Assembly (NCBI RefSeq): GCF_963676685.1
Contig: NC_092344.1
Location: forward strand, 64,294,001 to 64,358,000
From: Mytilus edulis
Taxonomy: Eukaryota
Length of the DNA stretch: 64,000 nucleotides
Direction of reading: 5' to 3'
The position numbers were made by a program, and so were the translations under genes. How positions within the stretch are numbered: position 1 is the stretch's first letter; each line of letters begins with the position of its first letter. The notes beneath the pieces are model-generated. The model made no database searches. It was not told the DNA's origin and saw only the letters and a list, made by a program, of their open reading frames with translations. Shown here piece by piece: positions 1 to 12,205 of the stretch.

Positions 1-2247
1 ATGGATACTCTGTAGCCCAAAATAAAGGGCGCATCGCCCCACCCCCACTCTTGTGACTACCCCTGATGTAGTACTTGATAAATCTGAATCACTATTTGAG
101 CAGCTTTGTAACCCTAGATATACTTCTTTGGTCCTGAAACTGAGCCTGTGGTTGGTTGTTGTTGTTGTTGTGGGTACACTGTCAAGTGTGGTGCTGCACC
201 ATAATACCCTGATTGAGCTGTTCCCTGCGCAATATTTTTTGTTGTTGAAGGCTGATGAGGCCTCTCCTGCTGATATGGTATATTTCCAAATAGCTGTTGA
301 GTCTGATGTACAGGTGCAGTAACATTGTGGAAATGTTGCACCGGTTGTTGTCTGTAAACGTCCTGTTGGTAATGTATAGCCTGAGGCGGCTGCCCCTGTT
401 GACCCATTGTTTTAATGAGAGGTCGTTGAAAACCTGACTGGTTGGTGTTAAGATTGGTGTTGACCTGCTCTGTTAACAAATTGTTGTGTCGGTGGAACTT
501 GGCTTCTGATATGTGGTATATGTACAGTATGGCTGATCGGTGGTTAATGTTGTTGATTATCAATCACCCTGCTGAAGTTTTGTCGTCCGGCGGGAAGGGT
601 ATACTTCTGCTGACTTGTTGACTGTATTGTTGACCTAGGACAGGGTGGTTGATTAGCCCTGTTGACGGTCGGTAGAGGCTGTTGACAAGGATCCCTTTCC
701 ATGACTGGTGGAGTAGACCTATGTGCAGGTAAAGAGTTTGACCTGTTGATGGTGGGTTGCGATGGTTGTTGACCTGTAGCCCTATGTTTGACTGGTTAAT
801 TGACAACTGTTGGAGATGACCTGTTGACACTTGGTTGAGTAGATAATCGTCTGCTATGCACGGATGTGCCCTGTAGTTGATTTTTTACGTTGCTTATGGT
901 ATGCCGGGTTGATTGTTGAATTGTATTTTGAATTGGTTGTGTGACTGTGTGACCACCAGGTAGTTGAATGGCTTGCGTATGAGATCGAAAGTAGTTGACA
1001 GTATGTTCAACAGGGAGTTGAACAGCTTGTTGACGTTGTCGGTTGTAGTTCATGGTATGTTCAACAGGGAGTTGAACAGCTTGTTGAGGGTGTTGGTTGA
1101 AGTTGGCGATATGTTCAACAGGCAGTTAAACGACTGGTTGATGTAGTTGGTTGAATTTGACGGTATTTTCAACAAACAGTTGATCATTTTGTTGAGGCGG
1201 TTGAATATAGTTGACTGAATTTTCAAATGGCCGACTGTGTTGATTGCTTGTTTGCCTATTCTGGCTGTAGAAATCCTGTTCATTTGGAGGTTGACTTTGT
1301 TGAACCCTATCGTTGAGGCGGGGGTTCTCGAAATCTTGCTCTGTCGTAGCGGTTGGCAGCTCGTATCCTTTACAATTTTTCACCCACAAACCTGGGTTGC
1401 TGGTTCAACTGAACTTCTATCATACTTTCGCTATTGTCGTGCTGAATACCCACAGACTGATTGTTTTCTTGACACCTAAAACCCTGATCTAGACCTGGCG
1501 GATCTGGCTTATCTGATGTTTCATATTCTACATATTGTGATCCATATCCGGAGCCAATTACTCCTGGTTGTAATGGTTGGCTGGGTAGTAATGATTCCTC
1601 ACTACAGGACCGATTATCGTCTGAAATTCTGCAACGGTCCATCTCCTGGGTTGGATATTCATTTTCGTCGATGCATGATGGCATGGATCTTGGCGATCAA
1701 CCTGCGAGTTCCACACTGTATCCATGACGATCTCAGAGTCAGAAAAAAAAAAGTTTATCTGAAGTAGGTTTTGGGAAGATTTCACCCCCTGGACAGGTGC
1801 ATACGTGGAACCGTGTTGGTCTATCCACATTTGTGTGTCGATCTTAAATTCTTGGCAATGAGCAATTTCCCGGCAAGTAGTACCAGGAGTATAGGGTGTA
1901 GACTCAAAATTTGCTGCCCCCCCTCATGTGATTTTACATTTGTATCTGTCTCATAGTCTTGTGACTTATGTGGCTGACCTTGATACCTGACATCAACATT
2001 GTCCATGTCATTCAATTCACAAGGAGAAACATCAATCATATCTGACACCTGGGACATTTTATTTCTCATATATGGTATTTGGGCCAATATTTCTCATAAC
2101 TATAATTCTATGAGCGGTAGCCGTACCTATGCCAGGTACATGTAGGGGAACAGACTCCGGACTGGAGTTGATTTTAATTGTATACCCACTCATTGTGCTT
2201 AATATTGACCTATATGCAGTGATACTTTCAGTATAAATAAATGACAA
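1..2247 (-). pseudogene. Frameshifted long ORF: N-terminal helix-hairpin-helix motif followed by a Q/P/N-rich low-complexity region; probably the gag-like ORF of an LTR (Gypsy-type) retrotransposon, running off the left edge
   Basis: Overlapping minus-strand ORFs (2059-2247, 1821-2087, 1370-1684, 1126-1389, 796-1053, 114-563) chain through frameshifts. IKINSSPESVPLHVPGIGTATAHRIIVMR fits the ComEA-type HhH pattern (IN.A....L..lPGIG...A..II..R). GC content is visibly higher than in the flanks. The gag assignment is inference. Confidence 0.5.
1003..1200 (-). repeat. 54-bp (18-codon) coding tandem repeat, about 3.5 copies
   Basis: atgttcaacagggagttgaacagcttgttga starts at 1003 and 1057, with variants at 1111 and ~1165. 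The minus-strand unit reads NYNRQRQQAVQLPVEHTV-like. Confidence 0.85.
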
Positions 2248-2751
2248 GACAATAACAAAATAATAAACAAGTCTTTATTGATTCTAAATCCCGTTTACAA
2301 ATAGCAAAGATGAGTATTGCATATGTGAACAAATTACTGAAATCACTTCCGGTATTGATCTAAAGATTAAATATTTACCAATTTCATCCACAAATAGTTT
2401 TTATATAGAAAGGTTCGATATGAAATGTGTCTAACGTATCAGCAGTGGGGTTTTCGATAAAAGTTAGGTAACCTCAATAATTAGACTTTTTTTTACGTCA
2501 TTTGTACCACATTTGATATTTTCGACCATTTAAACTCTTTAACCAAGCTTTATATCTGGTGAGTGCCGAGGGTTTTCAGAAGAAGTACAGTGACGTCGTA
2601 CGTAATAACAATCGTTTGACGTAACAACGTTGAGCAGGAAACTTTATGCGAAGTGCGCGCCATTTCTAGATGGATTTTACTCGACTTGATTTTCAATTTT
2701 TGAAGTTCGGCGCTCACAGATCTTCACATTTTCTGATGATTGAACAGCACC

Positions 2752-2847
2752 ATTATGTATAAACAAACATGAAAACTAAACACTATTATGTATAAACAAA
2801 CATGAAAACTAAACACTATTATATATAAACAAACATGAAAACTAAAC
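2752..2847. repeat. 33-bp tandem repeat, about 3 copies
   Basis: attatgtataaacaaacatgaaaactaaacact at 2752, 2785 and 2818. Confidence 0.95.
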
Positions 2848-3659
2848 TGTGAACAATGGAGAGAAAAGCATTTTAGACATTATATCTTTTTGTTCACAGA
2901 ATTGCTAGAATGAAAAAATAAATGACTTTGAAATAATTTTGTTAAAAAAATGTAAAATATGAATATATATAACGATATTTAGGTATCAAGTGATGATGAC
3001 GGCATATACTTGACACAGACATTAATGATAAGAGTATGCATTTGTTCGTATGAAATGATATGAACTGTAACATTGAAATAAGCTGTGTGTGTGGTTTTTT
3101 TTTAGCAATTATAACATGTATACCGATATCGGAATATGTTTTAAAAGTGATAAGAATATGAACCCTATTTGTTATAGGACATTAAATAAAAATAAACTGT
3201 CTTCCAAATAAAAGAATCTTTGCAAATTGAAAGTCCTTTCAACTTCATAGCAAATAAGAAATTTCTGTTGTAGTTTTTCATAGTGAAGTTATCGCTTGCA
3301 AAATGTGCCCGGCTTTTCAAATATTGTCTGGTGAACTTCATTCTTGTTCATCATGGTGTACACCAAGTTTCTTGCTATGCATGTTGATTTGAAGCTGTGA
3401 GAAAAAGGAGAAAAAATTGTGAAATTTTTGGTCACGGACAAATTGTACTGAAGAAAATGACCACACAGAAACTTAAAACTTACATGAATAAAGAACTAGT
3501 TCATGTTCAATAAACTAACGCAATTTGAGACAAACCTATTTTGATTAGTATTACAATGACACTACAAGTAAGCAACAATTAATAAATAAGGTAAACACAT
3601 TATCCTGAAATATATACATGTATATCGTTTAATAATATGCACACATTTAAAGTTCAATT

Positions 3660-4975
3660 TCACAACGGTGCCGATGTATACGTAGTCCTTTGACCCTTTT
3701 TACATCTCAAGCAAACAGTTCTGGATCGTTTACGGCCGCTAATAGTAAACAGAGAAACAGAGACACAGTTTTTTTTCGTGTTTACAAGTTAACCTCTGTT
3801 AGGTAACATAGGGCATTGCATTAACATTTCTCTCTTTGCCACCACGATTACGGCGATTCAATGATACAGACAGTGAAGTCAGCGTGATATTTACTGGTTT
3901 TTGTCAGTATTATATTTACACAGATATAGGCATTGAGAAGCATCCTGTTAATAGTTAGTCTTTTCCATATGGTTTTTGTTTTTCCAGCTGGTTTTTATCG
4001 TCATATATACCACACATCATCTCGTTCAAATCTACTCCACCTATATTCTGATAATAACTCTACTCCACCCATATTCTGATAATAGCTTATAGCAAGACTT
4101 GATTTTTCATTTTGATTGTGTATACCGTTATGAAATGTAGACACAAAACGTACAACTTTTCTATTTTTCACCTCTTGGAATGCATTACATAATAGTGGAC
4201 CTCATCTGGCAAACACAGTCTGATTAGCATTAGGGTTTGCCTCTTTAATTAATCTGGCAAATTGTCGATTTTTTCGGATGGTACCAGTTAGTTAAGTGTT
4301 TTTAGTATACAAACGAGACGCAAGTGGTAACGAGGTTTGAAAAAAATATTACAAAAGACATTAAACCATGTACCTAAGAGACCTGCTGATCTCAACAATT
4401 TGAAGACAACATGACATCCTTGCGTCTCATTATTTGGAATGGGATCATACCGTTTTTCCCTATACGGTAGAAAATTGATAATACATCCTGTTGCAGCCTT
4501 TATCAACATCCAAATTTTTATACCACATTTGCTACGCTTCGATGGTATTGAGTCATGACAGTTCTAGCTTTAGTCCCTATCAAAGATTCATCAATTGAAA
4601 GTTCTCGTTTTGGGATAAGACACCGCTTTAAACTATGTAAGCATGTTCTACTATCGGCTTTAACCATGCGGATAGATCGTAAAATTCGCTGTTTCTTTAC
4701 GGAGTGTTTTTATTGTTAACTAAGTAAAGACATCGAAGTAAAATCTGAAATCTTTTTCGTGAAAACATTCCTGAAAACCATGGGTGTTTTTTTTTACCAA
4801 TAAGTTTTGATACTTGGTTTACGAATGAAGCCCATGTAAGAAATTGTCGCTAAAAAGCCTTTTATTTCTGTAACAGTAATTTATCCATTCCATTCAAACA
4901 TTCCGAGTCTAGAAGATGGATGTAGTGTATTATTTCGGAGTTTTCTTGCAAGCAGCTGTTTTGCATATCTAAAGG
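3660..4975 (-). mobile_element. Degenerate piggyBac (PGBD4-like) transposase
   Basis: Manual minus-strand translation across stops and frameshifts: ITVTEIKGFLATISYMGFIRKPSIKTYW; FSRKRFQILLR; YPKRELSIDESLIG (first catalytic D); KCGIKF; GTIRKNR; RMLLNAYI; C-terminal CLRC. Confidence 0.85.
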
Positions 4976-5409
4976 GAATAAGAAATGACACGAGCTTAAA
5001 TAAAATGTTTTAAATTCAGATTAATTATAATACTATTACATGTATAACTACTATAATTCCATAAATAAAAAATAGTCGAATTGAGATGTATTTGCAATTC
5101 AATAGTGCTACACAAATTTTATGTTTTTGACAAGAATTTGATTCTTAAAATTTATTGATTAATTTGAGTATTGTATTTTATTCAAGTTCTTTTTTCAATT
5201 TTAATTGTGCAAACTAGTGTAGCTAGCTTGCCTAAATATTTAATTTGATATAACAGCGCTACATGTAATATGCAGTATTTGTGCATTAAAATACGCGCTG
5301 CTTAATACTCTTTCATTTGCATGTGTTGTTTCTTTTGTTATATGTATATATCTTTATACGTGAAATATTTCCTCTTTTTTGGATTGCATTTTTAAAATCT
5401 TCATAATTA

Positions 5410-5567
5410 ACTTAATAAACTTTATTGAAAAACACTTTACGCCCATATGAGCCGATGGCTTAAAACTTTATACATAATATACAGTTTACATATATAAAAC
5501 AATGAAAAAAACAATGCAGACACTTTGAACTACAAAAATGTATTATAATCCTTGTCTTTCTTTAAAT

Positions 5568-5622
<55 letters not shown>

Positions 5623-6475
5623 AGATTGAAATTATACCAAGGACTCTCTGCCCTCAGTCTTGGTGACTTTTTTTTTTAAAAGGAGCCTAATTTGCAAGTG
5701 TCCTGTTTTGTTTCAGGATTGAGAATATGTTTTAATTTATCTATATCATTTAAGTTATATTTATTTTCATTTAAAAATTCTTTTCTTAATTGTTCATTTA
5801 TTTTACATTTAAAAAAGAAATGAAACTCATCATCTAGTACATCACAATGTGTACACAGTCTTAAATCTCTGGGACTTTTCCTGTATCAATCAGTTTCTAT
5901 TTATAAACAGTGGTCACTTATTTGAAATTTACAAATTAATTGTCTATGTTCAAAGTTTTGAGAAAGTAGTACAATGGTTCAAAGTTTATTTTCATAGGAG
6001 TTTTCTAAATTTTGTTTGTATATTAGCCTATTATTTTTATCCTTATTTTGGTTAACAATTTCTAAATCATTTTGACTTCTGACATGAATAACATAGGAGT
6101 ACCAAGAATAAATACCTGCATTATGTAAAGTTTTGGCCAAATGTAGTGTTTCTTTTAGTAAGGGGCTAGTTTCTTCCCTTAAAAGTCTATCATGAAAAAG
6201 AAGAGTTTGTCTTTTTATAAAGCAATCAATAGGGTAGCTGCCTAATTCAGATCGAGCACCTATATTACAAGAACATTTTTTTCTCCTAAAGTTATTAAAT
6301 TTATTTAGTACTTTATCAGGTGGACTGTTGTCAATGAAATTAAGAGTATCTACTTTTTTATTATTCTTATCTCCTTTAATTGAAGCTTTATAAAAGGATG
6401 AGTATGCATCCATATACCATATTTCACTGTTATAAGTTAATATTGGTCTAACGAGTGAGTTAAATAAATGTTTAT
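5410..6475 (-). mobile_element. 5'-truncated non-LTR retrotransposon 3' end (RTE-X-like post-RT region, CCHC finger, 3' UTR)
   Basis: FNSLVRPILTYNSEIW; NIGARSELGSYP (ORF 5979-6413); ISDHCL*IET; RLCTHCDVLDDEFHFFFKC. The minus-strand UTR ends in aataaagtttatt near 5415. Confidence 0.75.
5571..5620. repeat. (TA)25 microsatellite
   Basis: Perfect TA run. Confidence 0.98.
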
Positions 6476-6729
6476 CGTACTTTATAGTTATGTTTTCGAT
6501 GATTTATACTATAATATCGTGTTATAATTTGATGTATTTTTATGTTACGGAATAAGGTAACAAAAATTTGTTCTGATGGACGGTTAAGAGTATAGCATGT
6601 GTTAAAACATAAATCAAAGAGCTGACGTTCTGTATTCATCAGTGTTCAAAACGTTTACATCGGTTTTTGCTACTGATTTGTAAAGAACTATGTGTACAGC
6701 GAATATGCATTAGACAAGGTCATAATTTT

Positions 6730-7100
6730 TTTTATCAGACCTTCAAAAGCAGCCTGGGCATCAGGGGTGGTTCTCGTGAGAAAGAAAGATGGTTCGGTAC
6801 GCTGGTGTGTGGACTACAGAAAATTTAACCAGTTTAGTGTACGGGATGCATACCCACTTCCTAATATATCTATTTGTCTTGATAGTTTAGCTAACGCAAG
6901 TTTATTTTCAGTCTGCGATCTTCAGTCAGGTTATTGGCAACTTCGTATGGCGGAGGAAGACAGTCATAAAACTGCTTTTGTTCTTTATAACAAAGTACGG
7001 ATTGTATGAGTAAATAAGAATGCCCTTTGGTTTTTGCAATGCTCCTAGTACATTTCAAAGGTGTATGGAGTTGATTTTTCGCGGGCTTCAGTGGAAAACA
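6730..7100 (+). mobile_element. Ty3/Gypsy reverse transcriptase fragment
   Basis: IRPSKAAWASGVVLVRKKDGSVRWCVDYRK..DAYPLP..DLQSGYWQ..KTAF, then after a frameshift YGLYE*IRMPFGFCNAPSTFQRCM. Truncated before YxDD by the adjacent Penelope-like fragment. Confidence 0.93.
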
Positions 7101-7104
7101 TTTT

Positions 7105-8493
7105 CTGAAATTAGTTCTATCAAAACTTTTGATTTTTCAACCCTGTATACCACCATTCCCCATGTGAAATTGAATAATCCACAATGCCTTTCAACATAAA
7201 CATGGTAGCATACGCTATAAATTTATTACTTTGGGATTTCATAAGGCATATTTCGTTAATAGTGACAAACAAAAAGGTAAAACATGCTACACAGAAGAAC
7301 AAGTGGTCAGTATGCTGGAGTTTCTTATCGACAACATATTTGTTTCGAGTTTGGAGGTCCAGACACTTGTCAAAAACAAGAGCATCAAAGAAGCCAGATT
7401 ATTCAATTTCACTTTCAGATACATTGATGATGTTCTTTCCATAAAAAATCCGAACTTTTCTTATTTGGTTTACATTGATATATCCCCCAGAACTAGAGAT
7501 TTAAGAAACAACAGACACGGCTTCCGCCGCCTCATTTGTAGACTTATATCTCGAATTTGACTTACACAGTCATCTCAGTACCAGAATCTATGACAAACGA
7601 GACGATTTTAATTTTGAAATTGTAAATTGCCCCCACCTTAGCAGCAATATACCAACTTCACCTGCATATGGGATATATATTTCCCAACTTATTCGATATT
7701 CAAGAGCTTGCAGCTCCTACTCAGACTTTGTAAAACGTCATCAGTGTTTGAGTAGAAAGTTGATGAACCAGGGGTATGTCAAAGAACGTCTCGTCCTTTT
7801 TCTAAAAAAGTTCATCGGAAGGTACCAAGACCTTGTTGATAAATATTCCATATCATGTTCACAAATAATACACGGTGGTCTTGGTGTATAGATTATGCGT
7901 ACTGATGTTGTGTATCATCTGAACAACGTGTTTTATAGTTCTTTCATTTGTCTTTGTTCTATTATTAATATTACTTTTTACTGTTGAATGGTGTTATGTG
8001 ATATCCGTTTGACGTGGCTCGGTACTTTTACATCTCGTCAATGAGTATTGTCTTTCCTTTTTTGGTGGCGTGTTTTGTATATGCGACTTTTTGTATTTCT
8101 TTGGTTCTTATAACGTGACTCTGTACTTTAAAAGATCCCATTAGTATGATATTGTTCTATTTTATGTCATTATGATATATTTCTATTATAAATTACAAAA
8201 TACGTTGAACCATAAACGTCAAAATCATTCAATCGCGTAGTGGAATTAACTATTTGTGGATTCTTATATAATCCATATATAACTTTTGGACTATTTTCAA
8301 TCTCGGTCTATTTCTGAAATTTATTCTTACATACTTTTAAATTTTTAACCCTATATGCTAACATTGCCGATGTAAATTTCAAAATTGTTTGTATGCACAT
8401 TGAACGACAAATCTATGTGACGTATACAATTTTCTGACGTCAGACACACAAATCAATGAATGTGTTTGTAGCTAGATGTTTTTGTGGTCTGTT
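7105..8493 (+). mobile_element. Penelope-like element RT C-terminal fragment (Naiad-type) plus 3' tail; internally deleted
   Basis: IKTFDFSTLYTTIPH; FLIDNIFV; FTFRYIDD; IYDKRDDFNFEIV; PAYGIYISQLIRY; stop near 7890 with no C-terminal GIY-YIG. The GIPMG motif is deleted. 7890-8493 matches 36953-37558. Confidence 0.85.
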
Positions 8494-8700
8494 AAGGCAG
8501 CAACCATTTGATTTTTTTTTGGACAAACTTTATCTAAAAATCTATTTTTTTGGCGACAAGTCGAAAACAATTTTTTTCTTTCAATTTTAGCATTACATAT
8601 AGTGGCAACTCAGGGTGAAACAAACAATTTTTTTTCTTAGGTTCAAAAACAAATTATTTTGTTCTCCAAAAACTGGAAACAAACTTTCCAAAAAAATCCA
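8492..8700 (+). mobile_element. One end of a non-autonomous DNA element (taaggcagcaaccatttgat family) that truncates the PLE tail
   Basis: Related termini occur in reverse at ~54725-54746, ~59285-59304 and ~62990-63011. Homology to the 36953 tail copy stops exactly here. Confidence 0.55.
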
Positions 8701-9056
8701 TTTTTACTTATATTATTTTATATTCTTGCCTCCAATAGATTTATGGGGATATGATTGGTTAAAGGACTACGTGACTATGTATATTTGATATAGGGTATCA
8801 TAAAAAAATACATGGTTAGTTACCATATAGGGTTAGCAACCATAGTAAGGAGTTACTTCCCTCTAAAAACAAAAAAGATGCCACCACCCTTTATAAAAAC
8901 AACACGGTGTTGAGAAAACAATTAAAAGGATTCCATAGACGACGAAATTGATGATGAAAGGTTGAAATAAGTTCATAAAACATAATTAAAGCTAACAGGT
9001 TCGCTCTCACCCCCATATGGAATTTACTGACCTCATATATATCGTATAAGGTCACT

Positions 9057-9268
9057 NNNNNNNNNNNNNNNNNNNNNNNNNNNNNNNNNNNNNNNNNNNN
9101 NNNNNNNNNNNNNNNNNNNNNNNNNNNNNNNNNNNNNNNNNNNNNNNNNNNNNNNNNNNNNNNNNNNNNNNNNNNNNNNNNNNNNNNNNNNNNNNNNNNN
9201 NNNNNNNNNNNNNNNNNNNNNNNNNNNNNNNNNNNNNNNNNNNNNNNNNNNNNNNNNNNNNNNNNNNN
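9057..9268. other. Assembly gap (212 N)
   Basis: Run of n. Confidence 1.
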
Positions 9269-9913
9269 TCATATCTATATCATAAAATAAAATATTTTTA
9301 TGAGTAATCATTTAATAAATAAATATTATTTTTGAAAACAGTAAGTTAGATAGGTTTGCAGTCAAACACGAAAAAGTAACGTAAGTAGAAATCTCTTTAG
9401 AATTATATTGTATTACGGTATAAAGAGAAGAGATATTTGTTGGGCCTGTCCCTTTTTAATATTCAGACTGAATTATTTATTTTTTTACGTAACATTACAT
9501 TTGATCATGCATCTAAAACCCACTTAGGCAAATATCTAGAAGTTAACGTTACAATTGTCGCACTCAGTTTGTTACGTATATTTCAAGGGGTGGGGTCTAC
9601 TTTTATTCACAAAGCATTATATATTATGTGAGCTTTCATTTTACTATCAAGATGTCCACACTTCATCTACCGACTGAACGGTACACCTAGTCTCAGGGGA
9701 GTGAAAAAAAAAGTCTTTGAGTGCCCGTAATTCTTTACAAATCCTAAAAAATTAACACATTTATATATAACAAATATTATCAATATGAAAAGTCTAGAAG
9801 AGGTAATATACACAAGTAATCAACGTATTCCCTAAAGAAATATCTAATAATAGCAATAGGAAATCTATGTTATTCATCACCCGAAACCCAAAAATATTAC
9901 AAACAACGACGAT

Positions 9914-11070
9914 CCGAACCTAAGAAAAAATACACCACAAGTCATTTTACGTTACGATCGAGTTTTGAACTCCCGTATCCCCTAATTACAGGTATATCCT
10001 ATATATCAAAAGAAAGGTAATAAAACGAGGAACAAAAGCTATATAGTGAATATGTGGCACAGATGCGATTTAAGGGGTAGCAATTAAGTGACCGAAAACG
10101 GCCGAACCTAAGAAAAAATACACCACAAATTACGTTACGATCGAGTTTTGAACCCCTGTGTCCCCTAATTACAGGTATATTCTATATAGCAAAAGAAAGG
10201 TAACAAAACGAGGAACAAAAGTTATATAGTGAATATGTGGCACTGATGCGATTAAAGGGGTAACAAGTGACCGAAAACCGAAAACGGCCGAACCTAAGAA
10301 AAAATACACCACAAATTGCGTTACGATCGAGTTTTGAACCCCGTATCCCCTAATTACAGGTATATCCTATATATCAAAAGAAAGGTAATAAAATGAGGAA
10401 CAAAAGCTATATAGTGAATATGTGGCACAGATGCGATTTAAGGGGTAACAAGTGACCGAAAACCGAAAACGGCCGAACCTAAGAAAGAATACACCACAAA
10501 TTACGTTACGATCGAGTTTTGAACACCCGTATCCCCTAATTACAGGTATATCCGATATATCAAAAGAAAGGTAATAAAATGAGGAACAAAAGCTATATAG
10601 TGAATATGTGGCACAGATGCGATTTAAGGGGTAACAAGTGACCGAAAACCGCCGAACCTAAGAAAAAATACACCACAAATTACGTTACGATCGAGTTTTG
10701 AACCTCCGTATCCCCTAATTACAGGTATATCCTATATATCAATTGAAGGTAATAAAATGAGGAACAAAAGCTATATAGTGAATATGTGGCACAGATGTGA
10801 TTTAAGGGGTAACAAGTGACCGAAAACCGAAAACGGGTGAACCTAAGAACAAAATATACAACAAATTACGTTACGATCGAGTTTTGAACCCCCGTATCCC
10901 CTTATCACAGGTATATCCTATATATCAAAAGAAAGGTAATAAAATGAGGAACAAAAGCTCATAGTGAATATGTGGCACCGATGCGATTTAAGGGGTAACA
11001 AGTGATCGAAAACGGCCGAACCTAAGAAAAAATACACCACAAATTACGTTACGATCGAGTTTTGAACCCC
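9914..11070. repeat. Satellite array, 179-188-bp unit, about 6.3 copies
   Basis: ccgaacctaagaaaaaatacaccacaa recurs at 9914, 10102, 10288, 10473, 10652, ~10837 and 11016. Confidence 0.97.
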
Positions 11071-11308
11071 CGGCGAAGGAAGAACAAAAATTTACAAAAG
11101 CAAATTTACAGATCTTACATTGTTGGGTTGATGTTAAGACGAATTGTATATATATATATTGATATATATACAACTCGTCTAAACATCAACCCAACAATGT
11201 TAGATCTGTAAATTTGCTTTCGCAAATTTTTGGTTCTTCCCTCGCCGGGATTCGAACCCATGCTACTGTGATATCGTGACACCAAATCGCCTGCACTGCA
11301 GCCGTCCA
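11063..11308. mobile_element. Two tail-to-tail partial copies of a tRNA-like, (TA)n-associated SINE-like element around a TA tract
   Basis: 11171-11308 (minus) is essentially identical to 40895-41031. 11063-11147 (plus) is a diverged inverted copy of the same 3' part. TA tract at 11147-11170. Confidence 0.85.
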
Positions 11309-12163
11309 TATATACATATATATATAGTGTTGTATTCTTTCCAAGGTAATCTTAATTTATACATGACCCATTAACAAAAAAACACATACTAGACTTTGAT
11401 ACTGTGAACTAAAAAAGTCTGCACGCAGTGTAAGTGTTCAACTTTTTGAAACGTAAAAGTATTTGCGGATTGTTGAAAACCATAAACACATGTTGACTTT
11501 AAAAAATAATCAGGCTTGCCCTAGAGTTTGAAGTTTAACTTACGAAAAAACTTTTACATGTGAGCGGTATAAATACAAAAAGTAGAGTCACAAAAATACT
11601 GAACTTCGAGAAAAGTTCAGAACGGCGTCCCTTATCAAATGAAAAAATCAAAAGTTCAAACACATCCATCGAATGGGTTATAACTGTCGTATTCCGGACT
11701 GAAAATAGGCATTGTCAGTGTATTGGACCTGGTTTTATAGCCAACCTCTCACTGGTATGACAGTCGCATTATATTAAATAGGCAACGATGCGTTAACAAA
11801 ACATTCAGACATAATAAGTAAAAATGTCAAAAATGGGGGTACAGCAGTCAACATTGTGTTATACTAGTCAAACCAATTGTTGTAAATGCCTATTAAATGT
11901 ATCATCCTATCATGTGGGTCAAACTATTTCAAATAAACATTGTAGGTTAACATTACTTTAAAAGAAATGAAAGAAAAGGTCACTTTGATGATAAAGTACT
12001 CTATTTTCAGACTGCTCTGATCCTTTAGTAGTGGAGGTACACGTGTGACATAATATGTAGACTGGAAAGAGGAGACGGGCATGTTTCGGTAGATGTTTTG
12101 CTGGTAATTATAACATTCAATAAATTTGCCATCTTGTCCTCGCATATTTATATAATCTGAGAT

Positions 12164-12205
12164 CGTCACTGATGAGTCCTATGTAGACGAAACGCGCGTC
12201 TTGCG
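12164..12205 (+). ncRNA. Minimal type I hammerhead ribozyme (retrozyme/PLE-type)
   Basis: cgtca-CTGATGA-GTC(ctatgta)GAC-GAAA-c-gcgc-GTC/ttgcg. The core and 3-bp stem II are intact, stem III is palindromic, the cleavage triplet GUC is at 12198-12200, and stem I has one mismatch. Confidence 0.85.

Noticed and set aside
53-1956. Plus-strand V/L-rich ORFs
   Set aside because: Antisense shadows of the Q/N/P-rich minus-strand ORF.
6730-7100. Gypsy RT as the pol of the gag-like ORF at 1-2247
   Set aside because: It is on the opposite strand and upstream, so it cannot be the same intact element without rearrangement.
9033-9311. 92-aa ORF
   Set aside because: Artefact of the N gap.
9914-11070. Regularly spaced repeats as a CRISPR-like array
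   Set aside because: The whole unit repeats with no unique spacers, there are no cas genes, and the context is eukaryotic.
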